Part shown: piece after piece, positions 27,847 to 41,040 of the stretch
Position numbering within the stretch: position 1 is the stretch's first letter
How the letters are laid out: every line of letters starts with the position of its first letter
Source of the DNA: Octopus vulgaris
Taxonomy: Eukaryota
Direction: 5' to 3'
Assembly: GCA_951406725.2 (NCBI GenBank)
Contig: OX597832.1
Location: 58,838,001 to 58,902,000, forward strand
DNA length: 64,000 nt
The notes under the pieces: model-generated
Seen by the model: the letters and a program-made list of their open reading frames with translations, nothing else
What the model was told of the DNA's origin: nothing
The model's database searches: none
Translations under genes and position numbers: made by a program

Positions 27847-28612
27847 TAATAATAATGATAATGATAATAATTATTCACAAAGGTTTAAGGCTATAAATCA
27901 GAGAGTGGCAGTGTAATTTATTGTGTATTTCCCATTATGTAACTGGTACTTTGATCTTTATCGATACTAGAGCAATCAAATTAAAGCTGTGGTTGGTTTA
28001 AAGTTATCAAAAATAAGACAGAGAATATTTCTGAGATGTTCCTTCCGGGCAAGTAATTTCCTTTCTGACCGTGTGTTCGAAATTAAGCGTAGAAGACACG
28101 CACTAGTCATTCCCAAAACAAAGAAAAACTACTAAATTCACTTTTTATCGTTTTATTCACATCTCTTGTTTGATGTGGAAACTTCCGTCGTCAGCTTGAC
28201 ACCTACCCGGTACATATATATGTGGAGGCGCAATGGCCCAGTGGTTAGGGCAGCGGACTCGCGGTCGTAGGATCGCGGTTTCGATTCCCAGACCGGGTGT
28301 TGTGAGTGTTTATTGAGCGAAAAAAACACCTAAAGCTCCACGAGGCTCCGGCAGGGATGGTGGTGATCCCAGCTGTACTCTTTCACTACAACTTTCTCTC
28401 ACTCTTACTTCCTGTTTCTGTTGTACCTGTATTTCAAAGGGCCGGCCTTGTCACTCTCTGTGTCACGCTGAATATCCCCGAGAACTGCGTTAAGGGTACA
28501 CGTGTCTGGAGTGCTCAGCCACTTGAACGTTAATTTCACGAGCAGGCTGTTCCGTTGATCGGATCAACCAGAATCCTCGTCGTCGCAACCGACGGAGTGC
28601 TTCCACACATAC

Positions 28613-28699
<87 letters not shown>

Positions 28700-29247
28700 T
28701 GTATGTATGTATGTATGTATGTATGTATGATTGGATGGATGGATGGATGGATGGATGGATGTACGTGAAAGCGCATGGCTCTATAGTTAGTGCGTCGGGC
28801 TCACGATCATGAATTCGAATCCAAGACCGGGCTGTGTGTTGTGTTCTTGAGCAAGACACTTTATTTCACGTTTCTCCAGTTCACTCAGCTGTAGAAATGT
28901 GTTGCGACGTCACAGGTGCAAAGCTGTATCTGACCCTTTTGCCTTTCCCTTTGATAACATCGGCGGCATGGAGAGGAGAGGCCGGTATGCATCGGCAAGT
29001 GCTGGTCTTTCATAAACAACCTTGCCCGGACTTCTGCCTTGGAGGGGAACATTCTAGGTGCAATCCCATGACCATCTATGGCCAAAAGAGGGTCTGCTAT
29101 GTATGTATGTATATGAATTTTGTTGTGTCTCGGGAGTCATTACATCAATACACAACAGAATTTGTTTCAACACAAGAATTTACACAATGAATCTTGCTAA
29201 TTAGATTCAAAATATAGTATATGTATATAAATATATATACTTCACAC

Positions 29248-29290
<43 letters not shown>

Positions 29291-29516
29291 GTCTGCCTCT
29301 AGCATATTTGATGTCCACTTAGTGGTCATCTTCTTATATGTATGTAATATAATTCTTCTGAATCTTCAGATTTTTCAATATGCTAGACCACTAGTTTTAA
29401 ATTGATATTAATGAAATTGATATTCAAATTTTCACCCTGATTATTTAAATTTATATATATATGTATATATATATATATATATACACACACACATACAAAC
29501 ACACACACACATACAT

Positions 29517-29555
<39 letters not shown>

Positions 29556-30269
29556 CATACATGCAAACACACACACACACGCACGCACACACGCACGCAC
29601 ACACGCACACACACACGCACACACACATACACACACACACACATATATATATACTACATTTGGAAGACAAATGTAGCAATTCAAAAACAAAAGCTGTTAT
29701 CTTCGCAGAACCATTTCGTATTTAGTGTCAAAGCTTTGTCGTACTAACTGTGACCTGGTCACTGACATAGAATCACTGCGACAGAATGTTATAACGAGTG
29801 AACTAAAGAGCGTCAGTGTGATCGCCTTGTCTGCTAGAAGTATCGGCAGAACCATCTTCAAATAGCATTTCAGCTTTTGCAACGAATGAAGGACTCCAAA
29901 GCCATGCAAACTATAAACTGGATATCCATGGCTGGAATACAGTAGATCGTGACTTGCAACTCATCAAATCTCATTAAATCTTACTGTAATCAATTTTGCT
30001 TTTCTGCTTTTTCGAGGGCGATAAAAGAAGTAATAAACCAGGGCTTTACATTAGAGGAATTGCTAGCTAAAAGGAATTGAAATGCGCATTGTTGTCTTGT
30101 ACTCCTGAAAGAATATGAAGAATGATACTTGAGACTTGAGGAGATATGGTGTCACCAAACGTTCCGGTTAAAAACAAAATGTAGCATATAAATGCATGAT
30201 GGTGATGATGATGGCGATGATGATGATGGTGATGATAATGATGATAATGAAAATAATAACAATGATAAT

Positions 30270-31720
30270 AATGGTTTCAAATTTTGGCACTAGGCCAGGA
30301 AAATCTGAAGAGGTTTAAGTTGAATATATCGTCCCCAAACTAGTACTTAATTTATCAACCCCGAAAGGATGAAAGGCAAAGTCAAGGCTGAATTTGAACA
30401 GAGAGCGTAAAGACGGACGAAATACCGCTGATAATTTTATCCGGCGTCCTATTGGTTCTAGCGGGTCACCGTTTTAATAATAACGATAATAATAATAATC
30501 TTTTCTACTAAAGATACAAAACCTGAAATTTTTTGAGAGGGGTCTAGTCGATTACATCCACCCAATGTTTCACTGGTACTTAATTTCTCCATCCTAAAAG
30601 GATGAAAGGCAAAGTCGACCTCGGCGGAATTTGAGCTCAGAACGTAAAGACGAACGAAATGCCGCTAAGCATGTCGCCTGGCGTGCTAACGTGTTTGTCA
30701 GCTCGCCGCCTTCAGTAGAACACAAATATTCTTTTCTACTCTAGGCACAAGGCCCGAAATTTTTGGACAGGGGACAAACAAAGACAGACAAAGGGATTAA
30801 GTCGATTATATCGACCCCAGTGCGTAACTTGTACTTATTTAATCGACCCCGAAAGGATGAAAGGCAAAGTCGACCTCGGCGGAATTTGAACTCAGAACGT
30901 AAAGACAGACGAAATACCTATTTCTTTACTACCCACATGGAGCTAAACACAGAGGGGACAAGCAAGGACAGACAAACGGATTAGGTCGATTATATCGATT
31001 CCAGTGCGTAACTGGTACTTAATTTATCGACTCCGAAAGATGAAAGGCAAAGTCAACTTCGGAAGAATTTGAACTCAGAACGTAAAGACAGACGAAATAC
31101 CTATTTCTTTACTACCTACAAGGGGCTAAACACAAAGGGAACAAACAAGGACAGTCAAACGCATTAAGTCGATTATATCGACCCCAATGCGTAACTGGTA
31201 CTTCTTTAATCGACACCGAAAGGATGAAAAGCAAAGTTGACCTCGGCGGAATTTGAGCTCAGAACGTAGCGGCAGACAAAATACCTCTAAGCCCGGTGTG
31301 CTAACCTTTCTGCCAGCTCACCGCTTTAAATATTTTTTCTACTCTAGGCATAAGGCCCGAAATTTTGCGGGAGGGAGCCAGTCGATTAGATCGACCCAGT
31401 ACACAACTGGTGCTTAATTTATCTACTCCGAATGGATGAAAGGCAAAGTCAACCTCGGCGGAATTTGAACTCAGAACGTCTACCGGTAAGCGTTTCGCCC
31501 GACGTGCTAACGTTTCTGCCAGCCCGCCGCCCTGCATTCTAAATAATATTCTTTTCTACTCTAGGGACAACACCCGAATTTTTTGGGGAGGATGCCAGTC
31601 GATTAGATCGATCCCAGTACATAACTGGTACTTAATTTATCAACTCCGAAAGGATGAAAGGCAAAGTCGACCTCGGCGGAATTCGAAATCAGAACGTAAA
31701 GACAGACGAAATACCGCGTT
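30270..31720 (-). repeat. Tandem cluster of about 7 family C SINE units, including 183-bp head-to-tail monomers
   Basis: gatgaaaggcaaagtc-like core recurs near 30367, 30600, 30856, 31039, 31222, 31434, 31651. Confidence 0.9.
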
Positions 31721-32588
31721 CAGTAGAACACAAATGTTGACTTATAAAGATTCGTTTAATTCGCTTTGTACTATATCATGGTCGCATCAAGTCATTAGAG
31801 GTATCTTGTACTTTTGTCCCACTACACTGTAACGGTTCCAATCTCTCTACAGGTTGCTGACTCTAATGATGCAGAGTATACTAAGTAATTGTCTGAAATC
31901 ACATGACCGTGTGGTCATGCCGAAACAGTGCAGTCACTGTATCCTACATTGTATATTCCATGAAGCTGCGTTCGTTTAATGTATTTTTAGAAATGTCAGA
32001 ATCAAGGATTGCTTGCGGTTTCAATAGCGTTAAGTAGACGTAAGGCAGGTATGTCTACCCGCTGAGTAAAGCTCTAGTTTATGACTTGTAACATTTCTAA
32101 TAATCAGAATTGGATTCGGGAACTTCAATCACTCGTTAATTGTATTGTGCTACCACTGTTTACGCGGGCAGGTGAATTATAGAAAAATTCTGTAGGGTTT
32201 AATTAGTGTTAAGTAGACACGAGGGTTAAAGAGTAGAAGAATTCTGAGAACTGAGAAATGGATGCCGGAAAGAGAAAAAAAGAGAATACCGATACCAATA
32301 GCTAAATTCTTCAGTCGTTTTGCTCTCTCGAAGACATTAAAAATACATACATACATACATACATACAAACACACACACACACAATATGTGTGTATGCATA
32401 TGTATATGTATATGTGTGTGAGTGTGCGTGTGTTCGTGTGTGTACATATTTGTGTGCATATGTGATGTGTGCGTGTATATGAAGGCGTGCATGTGCATAT
32501 ATTCGTATACTTATGTATGTATATATATATATGCACATATATTTTTATAAACATGTTTGTATAGACACATACGCATATATATATACAT

Positions 32589-32653
<65 letters not shown>

Positions 32654-32948
32654 TATATATATATACACACACACATATATATATATATATGTGTATGTAT
32701 ATATATATATATATATGGTAATCTGTCAGCTTAACAAGCTTAACTGCCGACATTTTATCCGCGTCTCTCTCTGGGTTACCTTTCGTTGTCTCGTTCTTTT
32801 TCTCGCTGTTTCTCCTTCACTATTTCTCTTATGTCCATAATGTATAATAGAATATTAGTATTATGTTACAGTCGATTCAATAAATGTAAACTTTCTCCTT
32901 TAATTCAAAGTGCTTTGCTTCTGAACACAAGAGAACGACATCAGGAGG

Positions 32949-32996
<48 letters not shown>

Positions 32997-33818
32997 GAGG
33001 AGTATATAGAGAAAAGCGAAGAGAGAAAGGAAGATGTATATAGATCGATGAACTGAGAGAAGGATAGAGATAAAATGATATATATATATGTATATATATT
33101 GAGAGAGAGATAAAGCAATATTATAGAAGATATGCTGTACCTCAGTGATGTACTTCAGACATAATATTTATGAAATTAAGTTTGTCTTCGTCTTTCAAGT
33201 ATTGTAGATCATGCTTGCTCTAGCAGACGATAGACACTTGAGACGAATAAGGAATTATAACATGTCGTCAAACATATCTCTTGTCTTTAGTTTTAATTAT
33301 TTATTTAAAGTAGATTAGAATGGTAATACTCATCAAACTGGATCAATATTTATTCTTAGGTTCCTGAAATACAGAAATGGTAAGATACTACATTTTATTT
33401 TTCTTAGGTTCCATTGGGGACCTAACGCACTTGAAATATATATCATCTTCTATATATCTAGATTATGAAGCTTGCTCGCGGGACTTTCCCTTTTTTTTTT
33501 CTATTAAAACATTCTTTCCCGATTTTCATCTAGTTCAAAGTTGAAGATTGATTTCAATGAGATAGTACCTAGCATTTGATAAAATTCATTTAATTCAGTG
33601 AATTTTCTGCTGGTATCGAGCAGCTATAAGTCATTTCATCTTGAGATTTGTATCATGGAATCATAGAAGCTACAGTAGAAATATAAATGGCGATAGAGCA
33701 ACTCGTGGAAAGGGAGATGCCTACAGAAAGAATTCATAAGAGATGCTATCTTCAAGAATGTCTACTGACGTATGTTGCTCTTCTCTAGTTTGAAATTCAC
33801 TACATGAAATTATACGCT

Positions 33819-33871
<53 letters not shown>

Positions 33872-34047
33872 TTATATATATAAAATCTAACAAACAAATA
33901 TCCATCCTTCCATATATAATTCTATATTTCTATTCCTTTCACATTTTTCTATCTCCATCTATGTCTGAGTATCCCACTCTGCATCTCCCCCTCTCCCCGT
34001 TCCTCTCTCCCTCTCATTCTCCTTCATACACACACACATACATACAC

Positions 34048-34102
<55 letters not shown>

Positions 34103-34259
34103 CCTATATAACTACATGTGTACATATATATATATAGAAGGAAGAGGTTTCTCTCAGGTTTCGTCTTTGTTCGGGCCGAGGCTATAGAAGGAGTGGTTTA
34201 CTTACGTTGTTATGTAGTGGGACTGAACACAGAGTCATGCAGTTGGGAGGCAACCTTCT

Positions 34260-34660
34260 TATTTCTTTATTGCCCACAAGGGGCTAAACACAGAGGGGAC
34301 AAACAAGGACAGACAAACGGATTAAGTCATTTATATCAACCCCAGTGCGTAACTGGTGCTTATTTAATCGACCCCGAAAGGATGAAAGGCAAAGTCGACC
34401 TCGGTTGAATTTGAACTCAGAACCTAGCGGCAGACGAAATACCTATTGCTTTACTACCCACAAGGGGCTAAACACAGAGGGGACAAACAAGGACCGACAA
34501 ACGGATTAAGTCGATTACATCGACCCAGTTCGTAACTGGTACCCGAAAGGATGAAAGTCAAAGTCGACCTCGGCGGAATTTGAACTCAGGACGTAGCGGC
34601 AGACGAAATACCGCTAAACTTTCGCCCGGCGTGCTAACGTTTCGGCCAGCTCGCCGCCTT
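34260..34660 (-). mobile_element. Family C SINE dimer
   Basis: Two units with the same gacgaaatacctatt junction as the 30.8-31.3 kb array. Confidence 0.85.
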
Positions 34661-34963
34661 CTTACCGCACAGCCACGCCTGCTCATATAGATAGACAGAT
34701 ATATGTCTATAAATAAATAGATATATACATCTATGGTTAGACAGATGTGTGTGTATACATATGTGATGTGTTTTGAGCTTGGTGAAATGACAATGGAATC
34801 GATCAAGGACGAATAATGACATTAAAGACTGCGCACAATCAATTAATACCTTGATTTCTCGAAACTTCCTGCGCTTCTATACCAGGTTCATTAAGGATTT
34901 GATTACTATTGGTAACAAAACCAAATCAGAAGGCGAAGGGGAGATAATTTCACGAATCAGGTA

Positions 34964-35022
34964 CACTTTCTCGTCGACTTACGACCTATGCGACTTACGA
35001 CCACCCACATTTACGACCACAA

Positions 35023-35053
<31 letters not shown>

Positions 35054-35289
35054 GCGATTTTTGGACGTTTGGCAGCTTCGCATACGATTTCTATGGCAGC
35101 ATCTGGCAACGCAGGCCCCTCTGCTCAGATTCAGGTATCCCACTGCCTACCGTTATCTCTCAGTCGCTTTCAAGCATCATTTGCGGTTGAATGAAAAGAG
35201 TGTTGAAAAATTTAAATCCGATTTACGACCAGATCGACTTGCGACCTGTCCGTCGGAAGGAAACTCGGTCGTAAGTCGAGGAGAAGGTG
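34964..35289. mobile_element. Tigger/pogo-like MITE
   Basis: TIRs cactttctcgtcgacttacgacc / ggtcgtaagtcgaggagaaggtg, subterminal ttacgacc repeats, TA on the left. Confidence 0.75.
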
Positions 35290-36209
35290 TTCAAATCGAG
35301 ATGACTTTACGAATCGGACAGCATTGATACAAGAACATAGCTAGGACACTCGCAGGTCAAATGATAATTTTAAGCATTTGGAAATATACTACTACAGCTA
35401 CGAATACCATTACTACTACCACCATCACCACCACCATTACTACTACTACTATCACCACCACAGCCACCACTTCTAATACTACGACGACCATCACCACCAC
35501 CATGGATACTACCACTACTGCTCCTACTAATATTATTACTATTACTACTACTAGTAGTAGATGTGCTGTTACTGCTGCTGCTACCGCTTCCTCTTCCTCC
35601 TCCTAGCAGTAGTAGTAGGAGGAGTGCTGCTGCTGCTGCAACCACTACTGCTCTCACCATATCTTCCCAGGTTTAAACAAAATTTTAACCGGCTCTTTCT
35701 CGAAATTCTTCCTCCTCTTATTTTACCATTCCTCTTTCTCTTTCTCTCCCTCCTACCTTTTTCATTCTCCTCCTCACCTCCTCCCTCAATATCCTCCCAC
35801 TTCTGTTCGCCGTCCTGCCCCTCCTCCCACCTCACTCAACTGTCTGCCTCTCCCTCCTCCTCCTCCTCCTCCTACTTATGATCAGAGTCCTTAACTTCCT
35901 CCCACTCCAGTGCTCAACTTCCTAATTCTTCTCTCTCTCTTTCCCTCCCTCTCCTGCACATTACATACTCCTCCTAACACACTATTCACCTCCTCCGCTT
36001 CCTCTTACTTCTACACATCTTAATACTCCCTCCCCCCAATGGTCCTGCTATTTCCTTCTAGTTTTCTCCTCATCCTTTTCCATTTCTTCGTACACGGCTT
36101 CACGCATTTTCTCCTCCTCCTCCTCCTCCTCTTCCTCCTTTTACTCCTACAAGGTCATTTCAATTTCAGTTTTATGTTTATTTTGTGCATCAGTCATCCT
36201 ACACGACAT

Positions 36210-36582
36210 ATTGATGATGATAATGATGACGACGACGATGATGATGATGATGATGGTAAGGATGATGACGATGGTGATGACGATAAGGATGAGTAGGAGG
36301 CGGACGATGACGACCACAACGATGACGGCTACGATCGCGATGAAGATGAAAATTAAGATATTGGTGACGGTGATGAAGATGATGATGATAGCAATGGTGA
36401 TGATGGCGATGATGATGGTGAAGATGGCGATGATGACGGTGATGGTGATGATGATGATGGTGAGAGGATGATTATGATGATGAAGGTGGTGGTGGTGGTG
36501 GTGGTGATGATGATTATGATGATGGTGATAGTGATAATGATGATGATGAGTTGATTTTGATCACGATTTTGACGACGATGAC

Positions 36583-36621
<39 letters not shown>

Positions 36622-36904
36622 AATGATGATGATGAGGATGATGATGAGGATGATGATGATGAGGATGATGATGATCATAAAGATGATGATCATGATGGTG
36701 ACGACGATGAGGGTGGTGGTATTAGTGAGAATGATGATGACGATGATGATGATGATGATGATGATGATAATGATGATGATGATGATGATGAGGATGATGA
36801 TGATGAGGATGATGATGATGATGAGGATGATGATGATCATAAAGATGATGATCATGATGGTGACGACGATGAGGGTGGTGGTATTGATGAGAATGATGAT
36901 GAGA

Positions 36905-36944
<40 letters not shown>

Positions 36945-36945
36945 C
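36210..36945. repeat. (GAT)n low-complexity tract containing a ~162-bp tandem duplication
   Basis: gatcataaagatgatgatcatgatggtgacgacgatgagggtggtggtatt occurs at ~36672 and ~36834. Confidence 0.9.
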
Positions 36946-37371
36946 AACGCTGTTGATGATTATGTGGATCACGATCTTCAAAGTTGACTGGGAGAAATTC
37001 GGCGTCAATATCAACATCAGCATCATTGGCATCAGCGCCCATCATTGTAAGGGATTCTTTCCGCATGGAATATTCCAATGGATCGGTGAGGTGGGGTGAG
37101 AGGTAAGGTGGGGGTGAGTTAAGGTGTAATAAGGTCGAGGCGAGAAGCTACAATGCATGGAAACTAACGCTCAGAGACAGCATTGTGAAGGAAAAATATA
37201 CATCCACCATAGCCAATGAATGTATATATATGTGTGTGTGTATGTGTATGTGTGTGTGTGTGTAAGTGAGTCTCTGTGTCTGCGTCTGTGCGAGTACGTG
37301 CATACATGTATATATGTGCGTTTATGGGAATATAAATATAGGTGTGTGAGTGCGTGTATGTGAGTGTATAA

Positions 37372-37423
<52 letters not shown>

Positions 37424-37615
37424 CATAGAAACATATATATATATATATGTATATATATGTGTGTGTGTGTATGTATATTTATACATATAAACATATATAA
37501 ATATATATATACATATGTAACATATGTATATATATACATCTATATGTATATTTATATATATGCATATATACATATAGATATAAATATATATAAAAGGAGA
37601 AATAATAAACAGAAG

Positions 37616-37658
<43 letters not shown>

Positions 37659-37823
37659 ACTAAAAAAAATATATAAAATAAACAGTGTAAGACAAGGAAA
37701 CATCACGAAAAATATAAAACACATACATGCGAGTGTATAAATGTACAGATAAGTATACAAACACACACACACACATATATATATATGTATGTACATATAA
37801 ATACATATGAATATATGTCTACA

Positions 37824-37868
<45 letters not shown>

Positions 37869-38735
37869 ATACATACATATATGTAAATGTATATGACTGT
37901 GTACGTGTGTGTGTGTGTGTGTGTGTATTTGAAAATGTATATGAATGCGCGTGCGTAGTTGTCTCTTCGCCAGCAAGACAAAAATAACTAAAGTAAAATG
38001 AAATAAAATAAGAACGGAGCATTGAAAAAGAAAATAAATAATAAAAGCAAAAGTGAGCAGAAATATAAATTAAAAGCAGAGGAAATAAAGAACTCTGGAA
38101 ATGGAACCGAGGAATTTTATCAGATCATTTGCGAAGATGAAGCTAAGAAGAGGTTCTTACCTGAAGGTAAAAATATTCCTTCTTAATGAAGATCGTTGCA
38201 TTGGAAGACTATGGAGACAACAAGTAAAACAGAAAAAAAAATAATCATGATAGAAGAATGCACTCGCACGCACACAGTCGCACACATACACACACACGCA
38301 CGCACGCAAGCACAAACCGACAGTAACAAACACAATGCCACCCACAATCATATACATATTCACACATATACCCCCACACATAGAAATATATATATATATA
38401 TATATATAATATAATATATAATATATATACACATATATATAATATATATACACATATATATATATATATATACGAATACAGAGGGGTGCATATATGTATG
38501 TGCACACGCATATACACATATCTAATTTTAAAAATTTATATGCATATACTGTATATGTATGTATATGTGTGTGTGTGTTTGTGTGCGCGTGCTTGTCTTT
38601 GTATTTATATGTATGTATACCCACAAATACGCTCACTGAAACATGCATGTTTTTGCAAATAACTATGCATGCGTGTGTGTATACAAACGCAATCATATGC
38701 GTACTTACATATGTATATGTATATATATATATATA

Positions 38736-38892
38736 CTTTATTTAAAAGCAGCAGAAATATAACGAAATCTGTAACTCAGAGTTTCACGTTCCCGTTCGTC
38801 GGACAGATTTGTTTAAAAAAACTGTCCGACGAACGGGAACGTGAAACTCTGAGTTACAACTTTTGTTATATTTCTGCTGCTTTTAAATAAAG
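38736..38892. ncRNA. Palindrome carrying a hammerhead motif on each strand (38765-38810 minus; 38822-38858 plus)
   Basis: aaatctgt-CCGACGA-acg(ggaa)cgt-GAAA-ctctgag-TT-acagattt; U4C in both arms. Confidence 0.7.
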
Positions 38893-38996
38893 CATAATAC
38901 GTTACGTCTGGCAGTTGAGTACTTTTTTTTCCACCTTGTTTCACTGCACACATTTTTCTTCTCTCCTTGTTTCTCTCATTGTTTCTTTCTGTCTTC

Positions 38997-39032
38997 CTTT
39001 CTGTGGAAGAGCGTAGGCTCGAAACATTAAAG
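38997..39032 (+). ncRNA. Hammerhead-like motif with A6U variant
   Basis: cttt-CTGTGGA-a-gagc(gtag)gctc-GAAA-ca-TT-aaag; same family as 51372-51409. Confidence 0.5.
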
Positions 39033-40009
39033 AGTTTTTCAATTCCTGAGCATTATTCTAATACATCTGTTTATTTTCTACACCACCTGTCTTCGTCTTT
39101 TGTTTTTTTCGTGAATTCTCCCTATTTATATATATGTGTATATATATATATATATATAAATTAAATTAAAGATAAAACCACTATTAGGTAAATCAAAAAG
39201 TGAAGAATATAAATCAAAACATAAAACTAAAAATAATTAATATAATATACAGAATATATAAAATATAAAATTTAAAAATTCAAATTATTTAAATTTAAAA
39301 TTCAAATTATTAATTTATATTTACAAATTTTTATATTTTTTAAATATTAAAATTTTTTTTTATTAAATATATATAACTATCAAAAAGAATTAAATGTTTA
39401 ATATAAGATAAAAAGTAAAACCACAACATACATTTATTGCCCATAACCTAATTCGAATTACAATAATTTAAATTCAATTAATAATTCGAATTATGGTTAT
39501 AGTCAATCTTCAGGTTAAAGATAATAGTTAAATAAATAAGCAAATATATTTAAACAATATTTTTTAAGAAATAAATAAAATAATAATTTTTCTTATAAAA
39601 AACTTTATTATCAAACTAGAAACTTTAAAGATTATGATTATGTCATACAATCTAATTATAATGTTAAATATTAATTTTTAAGGTATATATATATATAGTA
39701 TGTGGTTTTATGCATACAGTTATGGGAAGAAGTATCCCCCTTACTACATGATTCCGGGTTCAGTCCCACTGTGTGACTCCTTGGGCAAGTGCCTTGAGCT
39801 TAGCCTTGGGCCGATTAAATCCTTGTGTGGATATTGTTGACGGCCACTGAACGAAGCTTGACGTATGTGTGTTTACACACCCACAGATATATATATATAT
39901 AAATATATTTAAAATTAAGGATAAAATCTTTATAAGAAATTATCAGTAGTTAGCGTGAAAAACCTCGTAAGAGAAAAAATCTGTAAATTTTTCCACTTTG
40001 AAAATATTT

Positions 40010-40437
40010 ATTTATATTATATAGAGGGTACTATTATTGATAGGTACCGCACGCTAGGAGGGACTCTTGCAGTCAAAACTGCTAAAATAAACAAATTGTA
40101 CCGAATGCAAAACTTCAAAGCAAGTCATTTAAAAACAGAATTTAGTTACATATCACCTGTGATTTCGCAATCAATGCAGAATATGCATTCTATGCTCTTC
40201 AGTGCAACGAACTCAGACATGTCTTGAGTTACATGTCTTGAGTTCGTTGCACGGAAGAGCATAGAATGCATATTCTGCATTGATTGCGAAATCACAGGTG
40301 ATATGTAACTAAATTCTGTTTTTAACTGACTTGCTTTGAAGTTTTGCATTTGTTTATTTTAGTAGTTTTGACTGCATGAGTCCCTCCTAGCGTGCGGTAC
40401 CTATGAATTATAGTATCCTCTATATAATATAAATATA
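40010..40437. repeat. ~430-bp fold-back (about 200-bp arms) with a hammerhead in each arm
   Basis: Arms taggtaccgcacgctaggagggactc..gttacatatcacctgtgatttcgc..cttcagtgcaacgaactca and its reverse complement; short acatgtcttgagtt duplication at the centre. Confidence 0.9.
40145..40208 (-). ncRNA. Type I hammerhead ribozyme (intact core); mirror copy at 40246-40309(+) has CGGAAGA
   Basis: Reverse complement gttgca-CTGAAGA-gca..tgc-GAAA-tcacaggtga-TA-tgtaac; AUA triplet. Confidence 0.8.
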
Positions 40438-40513
40438 TATAATTATATATACATATAATTTAAATGATATATATATGCACATATACATACGTATATGTGC
40501 ATACATCCATAGG

Positions 40514-40589
<76 letters not shown>

Positions 40590-41040
40590 GCATATATAGG
40601 CACAGGTCGTCATGAATCGTGCAAAACAAGAAAATACGAAGTACGAGTACATGGAATATGAAATATTTTTGGAACAACAAAAGACACAAATGGTAAACAA
40701 GGAAAACAACATAAAGAATGACCCTTCATCAGTTGTTGGCTGTATTTCTACTCTCGTATTTCGAGCATTTAACAACAAAACGAGACTTTAAAAAACTTTA
40801 TAAGGGATGCTGTAAGTGTCGGCTTTCATTCTTAATACACAAGTTGACTCTTCTACACATGTTTTGAAATTGAACGTAAGGAGTCAGGATGAAAAAATTC
40901 ACTGCGGAGCGACTTATTGAACACACGATATATATAGTTCAAAGTTATAGAAAAACAAAAGATGCAGTGCCCCAGCATGGCCGCAATCTAATGACTGAAG
41001 CAAATAAAAGAATAGAAGATAAGATATAAAAGATACATAT

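Noticed and set aside
30270-31720. CRISPR-like regularly spaced repeats
   Set aside because: Whole units repeat, there are no unique spacers or cas genes, and the context is eukaryotic SINE
31860-31945. Hairpin catgacc/ggtcatg followed by GAAA...GTC
   Set aside because: No properly placed CUGANGA or stem I
33590-33770. Mariner N-terminus-like peptide WYRAAISHFIL
   Set aside because: Too decayed; no TIR identified
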